Both the position numbers and the translations under genes were made by a program. Below the pieces are notes generated by a model. It made no database searches. It saw only the letters and a list, made by a program, of their open reading frames with translations, and was not told the origin of the DNA. Positions 37,801-53,100 of a stretch of DNA of 64,000 nt are shown here, piece by piece. The stretch lies in NCBI GenBank assembly GCA_963920595.1, contig OY986948.1, positions 4,712,001-4,776,000 of the forward strand. The letters are read 5' to 3'. This stretch comes from Eimeria praecox (taxonomy: Eukaryota). The stretch's first letter is position 1; each line of letters begins with the position of its first letter.

Positions 37801-40800
37801 CACCGTTACTCTCTGTCACCACAACTACACACAACCATAATACCAGACATTTTGTCTTCGACTTTTCCAATGAATTGTTTTTTTTATTTGAACTCGCAAG
37901 CTTCTGATTATCTTGAACGCTTTGGTTTCTTTGCACTCTAGGCAAATCTAAATCTGAATGTGCGAGCATTGGGTCTTCGGTCACGTTGGATTATTTCCCT
38001 GCGCAACCACACGGTATGAGCATTTCATATCTGTTCCATCCTTATCATCTTTAAAGTGCCTAACCGATCGCCCTGTTGTAAACTTTTCGGATGCAAATTG
38101 CACAGCCTTTCCTCTTCTGTCCCTGCCAGGTCTGGCACACGGTCAACTAGTAGGCCTGCCACTCATAGGGATGTTTTCGTGCCGATCTGCTCAAACGATA
38201 GGAAAGATTGAAGGCGCAATCACCTACTCAGCAAAACGCATACTTTATGGTTCTTCCCTGCAGGCGTCCGGAAAATGAGCAGCACCCGTTCGAACTCTGA
38301 GTTCTTGGGCCTACCGCATCGGACCCACCTCGTCCATACGCCCTTGAAACGGCACCTACGTAAGCTGCCAAATCCTTCCTTCTGCGTACCTATAGTCACC
38401 TGCACACCCACATTAAACGCAAACACTTCTACCTCACGTCTTGGGCAGTGAAAGATAGGAGACCATTGTCTCGCTGTATGGACAACGAATGCCTTCAGCT
38501 AACAAGGCACAAGCGTTATGCGTACTTCGGTAGTTTCCGCTTCGTAAAGCCCGTGCATGCTTGCAGTTAGAGTCACTTTGGACTCGGTGCCAACAAAGGC
38601 GCGCCCTCTCGCAGCAGCCTGCGCTGTGCCCATGAGGATACGCCGAAGACTTTACATCGTTTTCGGGATCTTCCAGCACTTATGTTACTTTGCCGTCGCC
38701 TCCCAACCCAACGTCAGCGCTGACGAAGGAAGGCTGCGTGGCTGGGAAATCCCAGCAGGAAAATCTGAGGCTTTCGCACACCCCGATACCTACGCAAGCA
38801 GCTCCCTTTCTGCGAGCGCTCCAAGCGTTACCCGACACGTTGAGCCCGCCCAAAATAAAGTGGCACAAGTGCGCACACGGCAGCCCGAAATCACCTAGAG
38901 ACGCCTTTTCATGCTGTTTTGATTCCTGATAGCCCAGTGTCGGGAGGTTCTTTGGGACTGGAAAAGGTGCTGCCGCTGTAAAATCCCCTGCATCACCGTT
39001 TTGCTTGCTCTCTGCATATCACGCTCAGGCTCTGCTGGCTTCCCTTAAACTGTCGCAAGATCTTTTCAACGCCACTATCGCACTTGCTGTACCGCCTCAG
39101 GAACAACCGAACGAAGTCAAAGCCACAGAAGAACACACCACATCTTGCCGGGCATTAGGCATCTGGGTGTGCATCATTGTTGCCCTTTCGATGGCCTCAC
39201 TCTGCATTTACGGGGTTTGCGTACTAATCCGGAGGTGCAAGGCCTGCTCGACAAGCAACCAAACGCTTTCTGCCACCTTCTCTCCACGCCATCCGGCAGA
39301 ACCTGTATCGCTACCCCCATTACCACTGCATGCACTTGGACGCCCAAACTTCAAAGACATACAAGACAGCAAGAACACCTCCAGCGCAGCTCATGGCAGT
39401 TTCCGTCATCACGGGCCTCCCCTCAAGCATCCTGGGCCAATTCGAGAGCAGATCAGACTCCCCCCTCTCCCAGCCACAATGCAGTCCAAAGGCAACCTCG
39501 AACTCCCAGCTTCATTGCCAATCGCTCACCTTTGTCTTCAGCAGTATGCAGGCCAACAGAAATGCGCAGAGTCCCCTTTGCCTCCTCCTCTTGGCTTGTC
39601 AAACACCCCCAAAAAACACCGTCTTGGGGATTTTTGGAGGCGCCCCTGACTCGAGCTGCCAAAGGCACGAACATCTACCTTTTTCCTAGTCAGGATAATG
39701 CTACTTACGACACAGCTAGACCCTTCCTTCTTCGGAGCTCTTGAAGAAACTGAATGCGGAAAGGCAGCTATGTAGCAGGTCCGCCCGTAGTTTAGAAAGC
39801 CAGTGGCTGCGCGGCCTCCACCCAAAGCCACATCGAATCCCGCAGACCATACAGGGTCTAGCCACCCTTCCTCAGTCGCCCAGAACTCAAAGTCTGCTGG
39901 CAGAAACAACGCCCCGCTCCCAGTGTAACCTGCGAAGGGGAAAAGCCAACCATGGTTAGGTTCAGTGGACAGTGCAGCAAGCAGGGTCTAGAGCGACCTG
40001 CTGCTGGCCTCCACATTCAAATACCTTCAAAAACAACACAGCGTGAAGGTGTTGAGCTTCCATCCTACATTGAGGAGCAAGGGCAGCAGCTCATCTAGGT
40101 TAAAGCTCGTTAGCAAACGCAAGCCGTGCTTGTGCCCCACCACGCTGGCGAAACAGGAGCGCAGTTCGTCCTAAGCTGCTGGCGAGCTAGAGCTGCCACA
40201 GTGGGCTCTGTTTAATCCCCCGACCCTCTAAAAGTGATGCTCCGCAAAGGTGAGCTAGCTTGAAATGTATGTGCCAGACTTCGGCTTCCTGCTGCCAAGA
40301 TGCGCACCGCCTCTCTACAATGAAGGTGACCCCGGCAAGACCCAGGGTGGAAATTCAGCACTGTTGCCAAACCAAGGTCGACGGACCCTCACGCTTTTTT
40401 TGGCAAAACCTTCCCTTTCAGCATTTTACCTAGACGGATGCTGGTTCAACAATTTTGTACTTTTCCACGAACCCAATGCACACCATCGGCCCGATGCCCG
40501 CACGTGCGCAAGCCGGTAGTCACGTGTATCTCACATTATTATATCTTCTAGTTAGGGATGAATCTTTCAAATCCACGTTTTCAGCTCGCCTCCAGATGGG
40601 CTTCAGAGCCGGGAGCTGCCTGAACCTGCGCGTGTCTGGGCTTGGCCTTCCACAGCACAACGCCCAACGCAAACTCGATGAACTCGTCAGGACGGACCAA
40701 AACGAACAATTCGTTGTGGGATATGCGATGCGGACAATTTAAAAAGAACGACTAGCTCCTATTTCCACTGGGGGGTGCAGAACAGGCTTTTCGCATTGCT

Positions 40801-41064
40801 CATCGGCAGCAGAACCATGATGGGGCCCTGCCGTCGAGTTATGCTCAAACCGCAGCTGTCGACCGGACCACTGCGGCGGTCACCGTTACTCTCTGTCACC
40901 ACAACTACACACAACCATAATACCAGACATTTTGTCTTCGACTTTTCCAATGAATTGCTTTTTTATTTGAACTCGCAAGCTTCTGATTATCTTGAACGCT
41001 TTGGTTTCTTTGCACTCTAGACAAATCTAAATCTGAATGTGCGAGCATTGGGTCTTCGGTCACG

Positions 41065-41106
41065 TTGGATTATTTCCCTGCGCAATTGGATTATTTCCCT
41101 GCGCAA
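41065..41106. repeat. 21-bp tandem duplication private to the unit 4/5 junction
   Basis: ttggattatttccctgcgcaa is present twice here and once at the other internal junctions. With a 1-bp deletion in the T-run near 40960 it explains the 3100-bp spacing. Confidence 0.92.
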
Positions 41107-44100
41107 CCACACGGTATGAGCATTTCATATCTGTTCCATCCTTATCATCTTTAAAGTGCCTAACCGATCGCCCTGTTGTAAACTTTTCGGATGCAAATTG
41201 CACAGCCTTTCCTCTTCTGTCCCTGCCAGGTCTGGCACACGGTCAACTAGTAGGCCTGCCACTCATAGGGATGTTTTCGTGCCGATCTGCTCAAACGATA
41301 GGAAAGATTGAAGGCGCAATCACCTACTCAGCAAAACGCATACTTTATGGTTCTTCCCTGCAGGCGTCCGGAAAATGAGCAGCACCCGTTCGAACTCTGA
41401 GTTCTTGGGCCTACCGCATCGGACCCACCTCGTCCATACGCCCTTGAAACGGCACCTACGTAAGCTGCCAAATCCTTCCTTCTGCGTACCTATAGTCACC
41501 TGCACACCCACATTAAACGCAAACACTTCTACCTCACGTCTTGGGCAGTGAAAGATAGGAGACCATTGTCTCGCTGTATGGACAACGAATGCCTTCAGCT
41601 AACAAGGCACAAGCGTTATGCGTACTTCGGTAGTTTCCGCTTCGTAAAGCCCGTGCATGCTTGCAGTTAGAGTCACTTTGGACTCGGTGCCAACAAAGGC
41701 GCGCCCTCTCGCAGCAGCCTGCGCTGTGCCCATGAGGATACGCCGAAGACTTTACATCGTTTTCGGGATCTTCCAGCACTTATGTTACTTTGCCGTCGCC
41801 TCCCAACCCAACGTCAGCGCTGACGAAGGAAGGCTGCGTGGCTGGGAAATCCCAGCAGGAAAATCTGAGGCTTTCGCACACCCCGATACCTACGCAAGCA
41901 GCTCCCTTTCTGCGAGCGCTCCAAGCGTTACCCGACACGTTGAGCCCGCCCAAAATAAAGTGGCACAAGTGCGCACACGGCAGCCCGAAATCACCTAGAG
42001 ACGCCTTTTCATGCTGTTTTGATTCCTGATAGCCCAGTGTCGGGAGGTTCTTTGGGACTGGAAAAGGTGCTGCCGCTGTAAAATCCCCTGCATCACCGTT
42101 TTGCTTGCTCTCTGCATATCACGCTCAGGCTCTGCTGGCTTCCCTTAAACTGTCGCAAGATCTTTTCAACGCCACTATCGCACTTGCTGTACCGCCTCAG
42201 GAACAACCGAACGAAGTCAAAGCCACAGAAGAACACACCACATCTTGCCGGGCATTAGGCATCTGGGTGTGCATCATTGTTGCCCTTTCGATGGCCTCAC
42301 TCTGCATTTACGGGGTTTGCGTACTAATCCGGAGGTGCAAGGCCTGCTCGACAAGCAACCAAACGCTTTCTGCCACCTTCTCTCCACGCCATCCGGCAGA
42401 ACCTGTATCGCTACCCCCATTACCACTGCATGCACTTGGACGCCCAAACTTCAAAGACATACAAGACAGCAAGAACACCTCCAGCGCAGCTCATGGCAGT
42501 TTCCGTCATCACGGGCCTCCCCTCAAGCATCCTGGGCCAATTCGAGAGCAGATCAGACTCCCCCCTCTCCCAGCCACAATGCAGTCCAAAGGCAACTTCG
42601 AACTCCCAGCTTCATTGCCAATCGCTCACCTTTGTCTTCAGCAGTATGCAGGCCAACAGAAATGCGCAGAGTCCCCTTTGCCTCCTCCTCTTGGCTTGTC
42701 AAACACCCCCAAAAAACACCGTCTTGGGGATTTTTGGAGGCGCCCCTGACTCGAGCTGCCAAAGGCACGAACATCTACCTTTTTCCTAGTCAGGATAATG
42801 CTACTTACGACACAGCTAGACCCTTCCTTCTTCGGAGCTCTTGAAGAAACTGAATGCGGAAAGGCAGCTATGTAGCAGGTCCGCCCGTAGTTTAGAAAGC
42901 CAGTGGCTGCGCGGCCTCCACCCAAAGCCACATCGAATCCCGCAGACCATACAGGGTCTAGCCACCCTTCCTCAGTCGCCCAGAACTCAAAGTCTGCTGG
43001 CAGAAACAACGCCCCGCTCCCAGTGTAACCTGCGAAGGGGAAAAGCCAACCATGGTTAGGTTCAGTGGACAGTGCAGCAAGCAGGGTCTAGAGCGACCTG
43101 CTGCTGGCCTCCACATTCAAATACCTTCAAAAACAACACAGCGTGAAGGTGTTGAGCTTCCATCCTACATTGAGGAGCAAGGGCAGCAGCTCATCTAGGT
43201 TAAAGCTCGTTAGCAAACGCAAGCCGTGCTTGTGCCCCACCACGCTGGCGAAACAGGAGCGCAGTTCGTCCTAAGCTGCTGGCGAGCTAGAGCTGCCACA
43301 GTGGGCTCTGTTTAATCCCCCGACCCTCTAAAAGTGATGCTCCGCAAAGGTGAGCTAGCTTGAAATGTATGTGCCAGACTTCGGCTTCCTGCTGCCAAGA
43401 TGCGCACCGCCTCTCTACAATGAAGGTGACCCCGGCAAGACCCAGGGTGGAAATTCAGCACTGTTGCCAAACCAAGGTCGACGGACCCTCACGCTTTTTT
43501 TGGCAAAACCTTCCCTTTCAGCATTTTACCTAGACGGATGCTGGTTCAACAATTCCGTACTTTTCCACGAACCCGATGCACACCATCGGCCCGATGCCCG
43601 CACGTGCGCAAGCCGGTAGTCACGTGTATCTCACATTATTATATCTTCTAGTTAGGGATGAATCTTTCAAATCCACGTTTTCAGCTCGCCTCCAGATGGG
43701 CTTCAGAGCCGGGAGCTGCCTGAACCTGCGCGTGTCTGGGCTTGGCCTTCCACAGCACAACGCCCAACGCAAACTCGATGAACTCGTCAGGACGGACCAA
43801 AACGAACAATTCGTTGTGGGATATGCGATGCGGACAATTTAAAAAGAACGACTAGCTCCTATTTCCACTGGGGGGTGCAGAACAGGCTTTTCGCATTGCT
43901 CATCGGCAGCAGAACCATGATGGGGCCCTGCCGTCGAGTTATGCTCAAACCGCAGCTGTCGACCGGACCACTGCGGCGGTCACCGTTACTCTCTGTCACC
44001 ACAACTACACACAACCATAATACCAGACATTTTGTCTTCGACTTTTCCAATGAATTGTTTTTTTTATTTGAACTCGCAAGCTTCTGATTATCTTGAACGC

Positions 44101-47100
44101 TTTGGTTTCTTTGCACTCTAGACAAATCTAAATCTGAATGTGCGAGCATTGGGTCTTCGGTCACGTTGGATTATTTCCCTGCGCAACCACACGGTATGAG
44201 CATTTCATATCTGTTCCATCCTTATCATCTTTAAAGTGCCTAACCGATCGCCCTGTTGTAAACTTTTCGGATGCAAATTGCACAGCCTTTCCTCTTCTGT
44301 CCCTGCCAGGTCTGGCACACGGTCAACTAGTAGGCCTGCCACTCATAGGGATGTTTTCGTGCCGATCTGCTCAAACGATAGGAAAGATTGAAGGCGCAAT
44401 CACCTACTCAGCAAAACGCATACTTTATGGTTCTTCCCTGCAGGCGTCCGGAAAATGAGCAGCACCCGTTCGAACTCTGAGTTCTTGGGCCTACCGCATC
44501 GGACCCACCTCGTCCATACGCCCTTGAAACGGCACCTACGTAAGCTGCCAAATCCTTCCTTCTGCGTACCTATAGTCACCTGCACACCCACATTAAACGC
44601 AAACACTTCTACCTCACGTCTTGGGCAGTGAAAGATAGGAGACCATTGTCTCGCTGTATGGACAACGAATGCCTTCAGCTAACAAGGCACAAGCGTTATG
44701 CGTACTTCGGTAGTTTCCGCTTCGTAAAGCCCGTGCATGCTTGCAGTTAGAGTCACTTTGGACTCGGTGCCAACAAAGGCGCGCCCTCTCGCAGCAGCCT
44801 GCGCTGTGCCCATGAGGATACGCCGAAGACTTTACATCGTTTTCGGGATCTTCCAGCACTTATGTTACTTTGCCGTCGCCTCCCAACCCAACGTCAGCGC
44901 TGACGAAGGAAGGCTGCGTGGCTGGGAAATCCCAGCAGGAAAATCTGAGGCTTTCGCACACCCCGATACCTACGCAAGCAGCTCCCTTTCTGCGAGCGCT
45001 CCAAGCGTTACCCGACACGTTGAGCCCGCCCAAAATAAAGTGGCACAAGTGCGCACACGGCAGCCCGAAATCACCTAGAGACGCCTTTTCATGCTGTTTT
45101 GATTCCTGATAGCCCAGTGTCGGGAGGTTCTTTGGGACTGGAAAAGGTGCTGCCGCTGTAAAATCCCCTGCATCACCGTTTTGCTTGCTCTCTGCATATC
45201 ACGCTCAGGCTCTGCTGGCTTCCCTTAAACTGTCGCAAGATCTTTTCAACGCCACTATCGCACTTGCTGTACCGCCTCAGGAACAACCGAACGAAGTCAA
45301 AGCCACAGAAGAACACACCACATCTTGCCGGGCATTAGGCATCTGGGTGTGCATCATTGTTGCCCTTTCGATGGCCTCACTCTGCATTTACGGGGTTTGC
45401 GTACTAATCCGGAGGTGCAAGGCCTGCTCGATAAGCAACCAAACGCTTTCTGCCACCTTCTCTCCACGCCATCCGGCAGAACCTGTATCGCTACCCCCAT
45501 TACCACTGCATGCACTTGGACGCCCAAACTTCAAAGACATACAAGACAGCAAGAACACCTCCAGCGCAGCTCATGGCAGTTTCCGTCATCACGGGCCTCC
45601 CCTCAAGCATCCTGGGCCAATTCGAGAGCAGATCAGACTCCCCCCTCTCCCAGCCACAATGCAGTCCAAAGGCAACTTCGAACTCCCAGCTTCATTGCCA
45701 ATCGCTCACCTTTGTCTTCAGCAGTATGCAGGCCAACAGAAATGCGCAGAGTCCCCTTTGCCTCCTCCTCTTGGCTTGTCAAACACCCCCAAAAAACACC
45801 GTCTTGGGGATTTTTGGAGGCGCCCCTGACTCGAGCTGCCAAAGGCACGAACATCTACCTTTTTCCTAGTCAGGATAATGCTACTTACGACACAGCTAGA
45901 CCCTTCCTTCTTCGGAGCTCTTGAAGAAACTGAATGCGGAAAGGCAGCTATGTAGCAGGTCCGCCCGTAGTTTAGAAAGCCAGTGGCTGCGCGGCCTCCA
46001 CCCAAAGCCACATCGAATCCCGCAGACCATACAGGGTCTAGCCACCCTTCCTCAGTCGCCCAGAACTCAAAGTCTGCTGGCAGAAACAACGCCCCGCTCC
46101 CAGTGTAACCTGCGAAGGGGAAAAGCCAACCATGGTTAGGTTCAGTGGACAGTGCAGCAAGCAGGGTCTAGAGCGACCTGCTGCTGGCCTCCACATTCAA
46201 ATACCTTCAAAAACAACACAGCGTGAAGGTGTTGAGCTTCCATCCTACATTGAGGAGCAAGGGCAGCAGCTCATCTAGGTTAAAGCTCGTTAGCAAACGC
46301 AAGCCGTGCTTGTGCCCCACCACGCTGGCGAAACAGGAGCGCAGTTCGTCCTAAGCTGCTGGCGAGCTAGAGCTGCCACAGTGGGCTCTGTTTAATCCCC
46401 CGACCCTCTAAAAGTGATGCTCCGCAAAGGTGAGCTAGCTTGAAATGTATGTGCCAGACTTCGGCTTCCTGCTGCCAAGATGCGCACCGCCTCTCTACAA
46501 TGAAGGTGACCCCGGCAAGACCCAGGGTGGAAATTCAGCACTGTTGCCAAACCAAGGTCGACGGACCCTCACGCTTTTTTTGGCAAAACCTTCCCTTTCA
46601 GCATTTTACCTAGACGGATGCTGGTTCAACAATTCCGTACTTTTCCACGAACCCGATGCACACCATCGGCCCGATGCCCGCACGTGCGCAAGCCGGTAGT
46701 CACGTGTATCTCACATTATTATATCTTCTAGTTAGGGATGAATCTTTCAAATCCACGTTTTCAGCTCGCCTCCAGATGGGCTTCAGAGCCGGGAGCTGCC
46801 TGAACCTGCGCGTGTCTGGGCTTGGCCTTCCACAGCACAACGCCCAACGCAAACTCGATGAACTCGTCAGGACGGACCAAAACGAACAATTCGTTGTGGG
46901 ATATGCGATGCGGACAATTTAAAAAGAACGACTAGCTCCTATTTCCACTGGGGGGTGCAGAACAGGCTTTTCGCATTGCTCATCGGCAGCAGAACCATGA
47001 TGGGGCCCTGCCGTCGAGTTATGCTCAAACCGCAGCTGTCGACCGGACCACTGCGGCGGTCACCGTTACTCTCTGTCACCACAACTACACACAACCATAA

Positions 47101-50100
47101 TACCAGACATTTTGTCTTCGACTTTTCCAATGAATTGTTTTTTTTATTTGAACTCGCAAGCTTCTGATTATCTTGAACGCTTTGGTTTCTTTGCACTCTA
47201 GACAAATCTAAATCTGAATGTGCGAGCATTGGGTCTTCGGTCACGTTGGATTATTTCCCTGCGCAACCACACGGTATGAGCATTTCATATCTGTTCCATC
47301 CTTATCATCTTTAAAGTGCCTAACCGATCGCCCTGTTGTAAACTTTTCGGATGCAAATTGCACAGCCTTTCCTCTTCTGTCCCTGCCAGGTCTGGCACAC
47401 GGTCAACTAGTAGGCCTGCCACTCATAGGGATGTTTTCGTGCCGATCTGCTCAAACGATAGGAAAGATTGAAGGCGCAATCACCTACTCAGCAAAACGCA
47501 TACTTTATGGTTCTTCCCTGCAGGCGTCCGGAAAATGAGCAGCACCCGTTCGAACTCTGAGTTCTTGGGCCTACCGCATCGGACCCACCTCGTCCATACG
47601 CCCTTGAAACGGCACCTACGTAAGCTGCCAAATCCTTCCTTCTGCGTACCTATAGTCACCTGCACACCCACATTAAACGCAAACACTTCTACCTCACGTC
47701 TTGGGCAGTGAAAGATAGGAGACCATTGTCTCGCTGTATGGACAACGAATGCCTTCAGCTAACAAGGCACAAGCGTTATGCGTACTTCGGTAGTTTCCGC
47801 TTCGTAAAGCCCGTGCATGCTTGCAGTTAGAGTCACTTTGGACTCGGTGCCAACAAAGGCGCGCCCTCTCGCAGCAGCCTGCGCTGTGCCCATGAGGATA
47901 CGCCGAAGACTTTACATCGTTTTCGGGATCTTCCAGCACTTATGTTACTTTGCCGTCGCCTCCCAACCCAACGTCAGCGCTGACGAAGGAAGGCTGCGTG
48001 GGTGGGAAATCCCAGCAGGAAAATCTGAGGCTTTCGCACACCCCGATACCTACGCAAGCAGCTCCCTTTCTGCGAGCGCTCCAAGCGTTACCCGACACGT
48101 TGAGCCCGCCCAAAATAAAGTGGCACAAGTGCGCACACGGCAGCCCGAAATCACCTAGAGACGCCTTTTCATGCTGTTTTGATTCCTGATAGCCCAGTGT
48201 CGGGAGGTTCTTTGGGACTGGAAAAGGTGCTGCCGCTGTAAAATCCCCTGCATCACCGTTTTGCTTGCTCTCTGCATATCACGCTCAGGCTCTGCTGGCT
48301 TCCCTTAAACTGTCGCAAGATCTTTTCAACGCCACTATCGCACTTGCTGTACCGCCTCAGGAACAACCGAACGAAGTCAAAGCCACAGAAGAACACACCA
48401 CATCTTGCCGGGCATTAGGCATCTGGGTGTGCATCATTGTTGCCCTTTCGATGGCCTCACTCTGCATTTACGGGGTTTGCGTACTAATCCGGAGGTGCAA
48501 GGCCTGCTCGACAAGCAACCAAACGCTTTCTGCCACCTTCTCTCCACGCCATCCGGCAGAACCTGTATCGCTACCCCCATTACCACTGCATGCACTTGGA
48601 CGCCCAAACTTCAAAGACATACAAGACAGCAAGAACACCTCCAGCGCAGCTCGTGGCAGTTTCCGTCATCACGGGCCTCCCCTCAAGCATCCTGGGCCAA
48701 TTCGAGAGCAGATCAGACTCCCCCCTCTCCCAGCCACAATGCAGTCCAAAGGCAACTTCGAACTCCCAGCTTCATTGCCAATCGCTCACCTTTGTCTTCA
48801 GCAGTATGCAGGCCAACAGAAATGCGCAGAGTCCCCTTTGCCTCCTCCTCTTGGCTTGTCAAACACCCCCAAAAAACACCGTCTTGGGGATTTTTGGAGG
48901 CGCCCCTGACTCGAGCTGCCAAAGGCACGAACATCTACCTTTTTCCTAGTCAGGATAATGCTACTTACGACACAGCTAGACCCTTCCTTCTTCGGAGCTC
49001 TTGAAGAAACTGAATGCGGAAAGGCAGCTATGTAGCAGGTCCGCCCGTAGTTTAGAAAGCCAGTGGCTGCGCGGCCTCCACCCAAAGCCACATCGAATCC
49101 CGCAGACCATACAGGGTCTAGCCACCCTTCCTCAGTCGCCCAGAACTCAAAGTCTGCTGGCAGAAACAACGCCCCGCTCCCAGTGTAACCTGCGAAGGGG
49201 AAAAGCCAACCATGGTTAGGTTCAGTGGACAGTGCAGCAAGCAGGGTCTAGAGCGACCTGCTGCTGGCCTCCACATTCAAATACCTTCAAAAACAACACA
49301 GCGTGAAGGTGTTGAGCTTCCATCCTACATTGAGGAGCAAGGGCAGCAGCTCATCTAGGTTAAAGCTCGTTAGCAAACGCAAGCCGTGCTTGTGCCCCAC
49401 CACGCTGGCGAAACAGGAGCGCAGTTCGTCCTAAGCTGCTGGCGAGCTAGAGCTGCCACAGTGGGCTCTGTTTAATCCCCCGACCCTCTAAAAGTGATGC
49501 TCCGCAAAGGTGAGCTAGCTTGAAATGTATGTGCCAGACTTCGGCTTCCTGCTGCCAAGATGCGCACCGCCTCTCTACAATGAAGGTGACCCCGGCAAGA
49601 CCCAGGGTGGAAATTCAGCACTGTTGCCAAACCAAGGTCGACGGACCCTCACGCTTTTTTTGGCAAAACCTTCCCTTTCAGCATTTTACCTAGACGGATG
49701 CTGGTTCAACAATTCCGTACTTTTCCACGAACCCGATGCACACCATCGGCCCGATGCCCGCACGTGCGCAAGCCGGTAGTCACGTGTATCTCACATTATT
49801 ATATCTTCTAGTTAGGGATGAATCTTTCAAATCCACGTTTTCAGCTCGCCTCCAGATGGGCTTCAGAGCCGGGAGCTGCCTGAACCTGCGCGTGTCTGGG
49901 CTTGGCCTTCCACAGCACAACGCCCAACGCAAACTCGATGAACTCGTCAGGACGGACCAAAACGAACAATTCGTTGTGGGATATGCGATGCGGACAATTT
50001 AAAAAGAACGACTAGCTCCTATTTCCACTGGGGGGTGCAGAACAGGCTTTTCGCATTGCTCATCGGCAGCAGAACCATGATGGGGCCCTGCCGTCGAGTT

Positions 50101-53100
50101 ATGCTCAAACCGCAGCTGTCGACCGGACCACTGCGGCGGTCACCGTTACTCTCTGTCACCACAACTACACACAACCATAATACCAGACATTTTGTCTTCG
50201 ACTTTTCCAATGAATTGTTTTTTTTATTTGAACTCGCAAGCTTCTGATTATCTTGAACGCTTTGGTTTCTTTGCACTCTAGACAAATCTAAATCTGAATG
50301 TGCGAGCATTGGGTCTTCGGTCACGTTGGATTATTTCCCTGCGCAACCACACGGTATGAGCATTTCATATCTGTTCCATCCTTATCATCTTTAAAGTGCC
50401 TAACCGATCGCCCTGTTGTAAACTTTTCGGATGCAAATTGCACAGCCTTTCCTCTTCTGTCCCTGCCAGGTCTGGCACACGGTCAACTAGTAGGCCTGCC
50501 ACTCATAGGGATGTTTTCGTGCCGATCTGCTCAAACGATAGGAAAGATTGAAGGCGCAATCACCTACTCAGCAAAACGCATACTTTATGGTTCTTCCCTG
50601 CAGGCGTCCGGAAAATGAGCAGCACCCGTTCGAACTCTGAGTTCTTGGGCCTACCGCATCGGACCCACCTCGTCCATACGCCCTTGAAACGGCACCTACG
50701 TAAGCTGCCAAATCCTTCCTTCTGCGTACCTATAGTCACCTGCACACCCACATTAAACGCAAACACTTCTACCTCACGTCTTGGGCAGTGAAAGATAGGA
50801 GACCATTGTCTCGCTGTATGGACAACGAATGCCTTCAGCTAACAAGGCACAAGCGTTATGCGTACTTCGGTAGTTTCCGCTTCGTAAAGCCCGTGCATGC
50901 TTGCAGTTAGAGTCACTTTGGACTCGGTGCCAACAAAGGCGCGCCCTCTCGCAGCAGCCTGCGCTGTGCCCATGAGGATACGCCGAAGACTTTACATCGT
51001 TTTCGGGATCTTCCAGCACTTATGTTACTTTGCCGTCGCCTCCCAACCCAACGTCAGCGCTGACGAAGGAAGGCTGCGTGGGTGGGAAATCCCAGCAGGA
51101 AAATCTGAGGCTTTCGCACACCCCGATACCTACGCAAGCAGCTCCCTTTCTGCGAGCGCTCCAAGCGTTACCCGACACGTTGAGCCCGCCCAAAATAAAG
51201 TGGCACAAGTGCGCACACGGCAGCCCGAAATCACCTAGAGACGCCTTTTCATGCTGTTTTGATTCCTGATAGCCCAGTGTCGGGAGGTTCTTTGGGACTG
51301 GAAAAGGTGCTGCCGCTGTAAAATCCCCTGCATCACCGTTTTGCTTGCTCTCTGCATATCACGCTCAGGCTCTGCTGGCTTCCCTTAAACTGTCGCAAGA
51401 TCTTTTCAACGCCACTATCGCACTTGCTGTACCGCCTCAGGAACAACCGAACGAAGTCAAAGCCACAGAAGAACACACCACATCTTGCCGGGCATTAGGC
51501 ATCTGGGTGTGCATCATTGTTGCCCTTTCGATGGCCTCACTCTGCATTTACGGGGTTTGCGTACTAATCCGGAGGTGCAAGGCCTGCTCGACAAGCAACC
51601 AAACGCTTTCTGCCACCTTCTCTCCACGCCATCCGGCAGAACCTGTATCGCTACCCCCATTACCACTGCATGCACTTGGACGCCCAAACTTCAAAGACAT
51701 ACAAGACAGCAAGAACACCTCCAGCGCAGCTCGTGGCAGTTTCCGTCATCACGGGCCTCCCCTCAAGCATCCTGGGCCAATTCGAGAGCAGATCAGACTC
51801 CCCCCTCTCCCAGCCACAATGCAGTCCAAAGGCAACTTCGAACTCCCAGCTTCATTGCCAATCGCTCACCTTTGTCTTCAGCAGTATGCAGGCCAACAGA
51901 AATGCGCAGAGTCCCCTTTGCCTCCTCCTCTTGGCTTGTCAAACACCCCCAAAAAACACCGTCTTGGGGATTTTTGGAGGCGCCCCTGACTCGAGCTGCC
52001 AAAGGCACGAACATCTACCTTTTTCCTAGTCAGGATAATGCTACTTACGACACAGCTAGACCCTTCCTTCTTCGGAGCTCTTGAAGAAACTGAATGCGGA
52101 AAGGCAGCTATGTAGCAGGTCCGCCCGTAGTTTAGAAAGCCAGTGGCTGCGCGGCCTCCACCCAAAGCCACATCGAATCCCGCAGACCATACAGGGTCTA
52201 GCCACCCTTCCTCAGTCGCCCAGAACTCAAAGTCTGCTGGCAGAAACAACGCCCCGCTCCCAGTGTAACCTGCGAAGGGGAAAAGCCAACCATGGTTAGG
52301 TTCAGTGGACAGTGCAGCAAGCAGGGTCTAGAGCGACCTGCTGCTGGCCTCCACATTCAAATACCTTCAAAAACAACACAGCGTGAAGGTGTTGAGCTTC
52401 CATCCTACATTGAGGAGCAAGGGCAGCAGCTCATCTAGGTTAAAGCTCGTTAGCAAACGCAAGCCGTGCTTGTGCCCCACCACGCTGGCGAAACAGGAGC
52501 GCAGTTCGTCCTAAGCTGCTGGCGAGCTAGAGCTGCCACAGTGGGCTCTGTTTAATCCCCCGACCCTCTAAAAGTGATGCTCCGCAAAGGTGAGCTAGCT
52601 TGAAATGTATGTGCCAGACTTCGGCTTCCTGCTGCCAAGATGCGCACCGCCTCTCTACAATGAAGGTGACCCCGGCAAGACCCAGGGTGGAAATTCAGCA
52701 CTGTTGCCAAACCAAGGTCGACGGACCCTCACGCTTTTTTTGGCAAAACCTTCCCTTTCAGCATTTTACCTAGACGGATGCTGGTTCAACAATTCCGTAC
52801 TTTTCCACGAACCCGATGCACACCATCGGCCCGATGCCCGCACGTGCGCAAGCCGGTAGTCACGTGTATCTCACATTATTATATCTTCTAGTTAGGGATG
52901 AATCTTTCAAATCCACGTTTTCAGCTCGCCTCCAGATGGGCTTCAGAGCCGGGAGCTGCCTGAACCTGCGCGTGTCTGGGCTTGGCCTTCCACAGCACAA
53001 CGCCCAACGCAAACTCGATGAACTCGTCAGGACGGACCAAAACGAACAATTCGTTGTGGGATATGCGATGCGGACAATTTAAAAAGAACGACTAGCTCCT

